Positions 63,092-64,000 of a stretch of 64,000 nt of DNA are shown here, piece after piece; the first letter of the stretch is position 1; the number at the start of each line of letters is the position of its first letter. Location: NCBI GenBank assembly GCA_963764625.1, contig CAVXTH010000009.1, forward strand, positions 608,001 through 672,000, in the 5' to 3' direction. The position numbers and the translations under genes were made by a program. The notes below the pieces were generated by a model, which saw only the letters and a program-made list of their open reading frames with translations, ran no database searches and was not told the DNA's origin. The stretch is from Candidatus Krumholzibacteriota bacterium (GTDB lineage: Bacteria > Krumholzibacteriota > Krumholzibacteriia > JAJRXK01).

Positions 63092-64000
63092 ATGCATCCA
63101 CGACCCGCTGGCGCCCGTCCCCAGAGCGTTGCGCGACCCCAATTTCGCGCCGCTCTGGGGAGCGGAGTTGTTTCCCAGGTGGCGATTTCCGTGATCCTTA
63201 CATGTTCGCTCTTGGTGGGAATGCCATCCGCCCACGCCGCCTGGGAGAATGGGAACTGGTCGCCGATCTTTACCGCGACCAACGACATCGATTATCTCGA
63301 CGTCTGCAGTGACGGTGGGGAGGGCACCCTGGCCATCACGATGGACCCCGATCCCTACCCGCGCCGGGCGACCTTCACCAAGCTCTCGCGGTCGGGCAGC
63401 GAGATCTGGGGCAACGACGGGCGCTGGGTGGAGATCGACCTCTCATCCGGCGGGCAATCCGGTCCGGTGGCGATCGCGCCGGACGGGGCCGGGGGCGCGT
63501 TCTGCGCGTACCTGGAGAACTACACGACCACGAGCTACCTCCACTTGGTCCGCCGGGACGCAAGCGGCAATTTCGTGTGGGCCAAATACGTCGACAACGT
63601 GGGTCCTAACCCGGCAAGCGTCGGCGTGAAGTTGCTCGACGAACCGGGCGTCGGTGTCAACTTGGTGTACGCCAATGGGACGGGACAGCGACTTCTGGCC
63701 GCCCGTTACGACAACGACGGTAATCTGCTCTGGGGCGATCAGGTCAACGACTTCTACGCCCACAACGCCGGGCTGGGCCCTGCTAGCGGGTACGCGGAGT
63801 TCGACGCACGTTCCGACGGCCAGGGAGGGGTGCTGGTGGGTTGGATTCGCTACGACCCCGTCGAGTACCAGCAAAACGGCGTCTTGTTCGAGCAGGTCGG
63901 CGCGCAGAAGCTCGACAGTAGCGGCGCGCGCCAATGGGGCAGCGACGGCGTACTCATCTGGGCTGAACCCTACTTTCCCGAGGTGAGCATCTATCACGCC
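63092..64000 (+). CDS. Secreted DGxGG-repeat (beta-propeller-like) protein, partial
   Basis: GAGGAGG RBS before ATG 63092 and open to the window end. Signal peptide ...SAHA; repeats PDGAGGAF, SDGQGGVLVGW and AQKLDSSGARQW. Confidence 0.75.
   Translation, partial: MHPRPAGARPQSVARPQFRAALGSGVVSQVAISVILTCSLLVGMPSAHAAWENGNWSPIFTATNDIDYLDVCSDGGEGTLAITMDPDPYPRRATFTKLSRSGSEIWGNDGRWVEIDLSSGGQSGPVAIAPDGAGGAFCAYLENYTTTSYLHLVRRDASGNFVWAKYVDNVGPNPASVGVKLLDEPGVGVNLVYANGTGQRLLAARYDNDGNLLWGDQVNDFYAHNAGLGPASGYAEFDARSDGQGGVLVGWIRYDPVEYQQNGVLFEQVGAQKLDSSGARQWGSDGVLIWAEPYFPEVSIYHA

Overview
GC-rich bacterial chromosomal segment. The secreted lipoproteins, DGxGG-repeat protein, DUF3078 barrel and fused E1 alpha/beta suggest an FCB-group lineage; this is inference only. 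Housekeeping and catabolic content: addAB, a TPR protein, trpS, a group II PLP decarboxylase, a ferritin-like protein, a BshB1-like deacetylase, a pentaheme cytochrome c, 2-oxoacid dehydrogenase E1, a SPOR protein, gph, a fadN-fadA-fadE operon with a divergent TetR regulator and operator palindrome, 8-oxoguanine deaminase, and MCC/AtuA leucine-terpenoid catabolism genes. Also present are a hipBA-flanked run of accessory genes, an archaeal-type HMG-CoA synthase/thiolase/DUF35 operon and a DUF222-like HNH nuclease with upstream palindromic repeats. The main unexplained signal is non-coding. (i) An ORF-poor, multi-domain structured transcript of about 385 nt (33336-33721) lies between a sigma54 promoter and its own intrinsic terminator, convergent with a GAF-AAA+ sigma54 enhancer-binding protein that has an atypical C-terminus. 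(ii) A second sigma54 promoter with near-identical architecture has its predicted +1 at the start of a 90-nt hairpin (24201-24292). (iii) A nested-helix region of about 300 nt follows a strong sigma70 promoter upstream of the SPOR gene. All RNA structures were found by eye and need folding and covariance checks. Many genes in the first 43 kb carry single-base frameshifts, most likely long-read errors.
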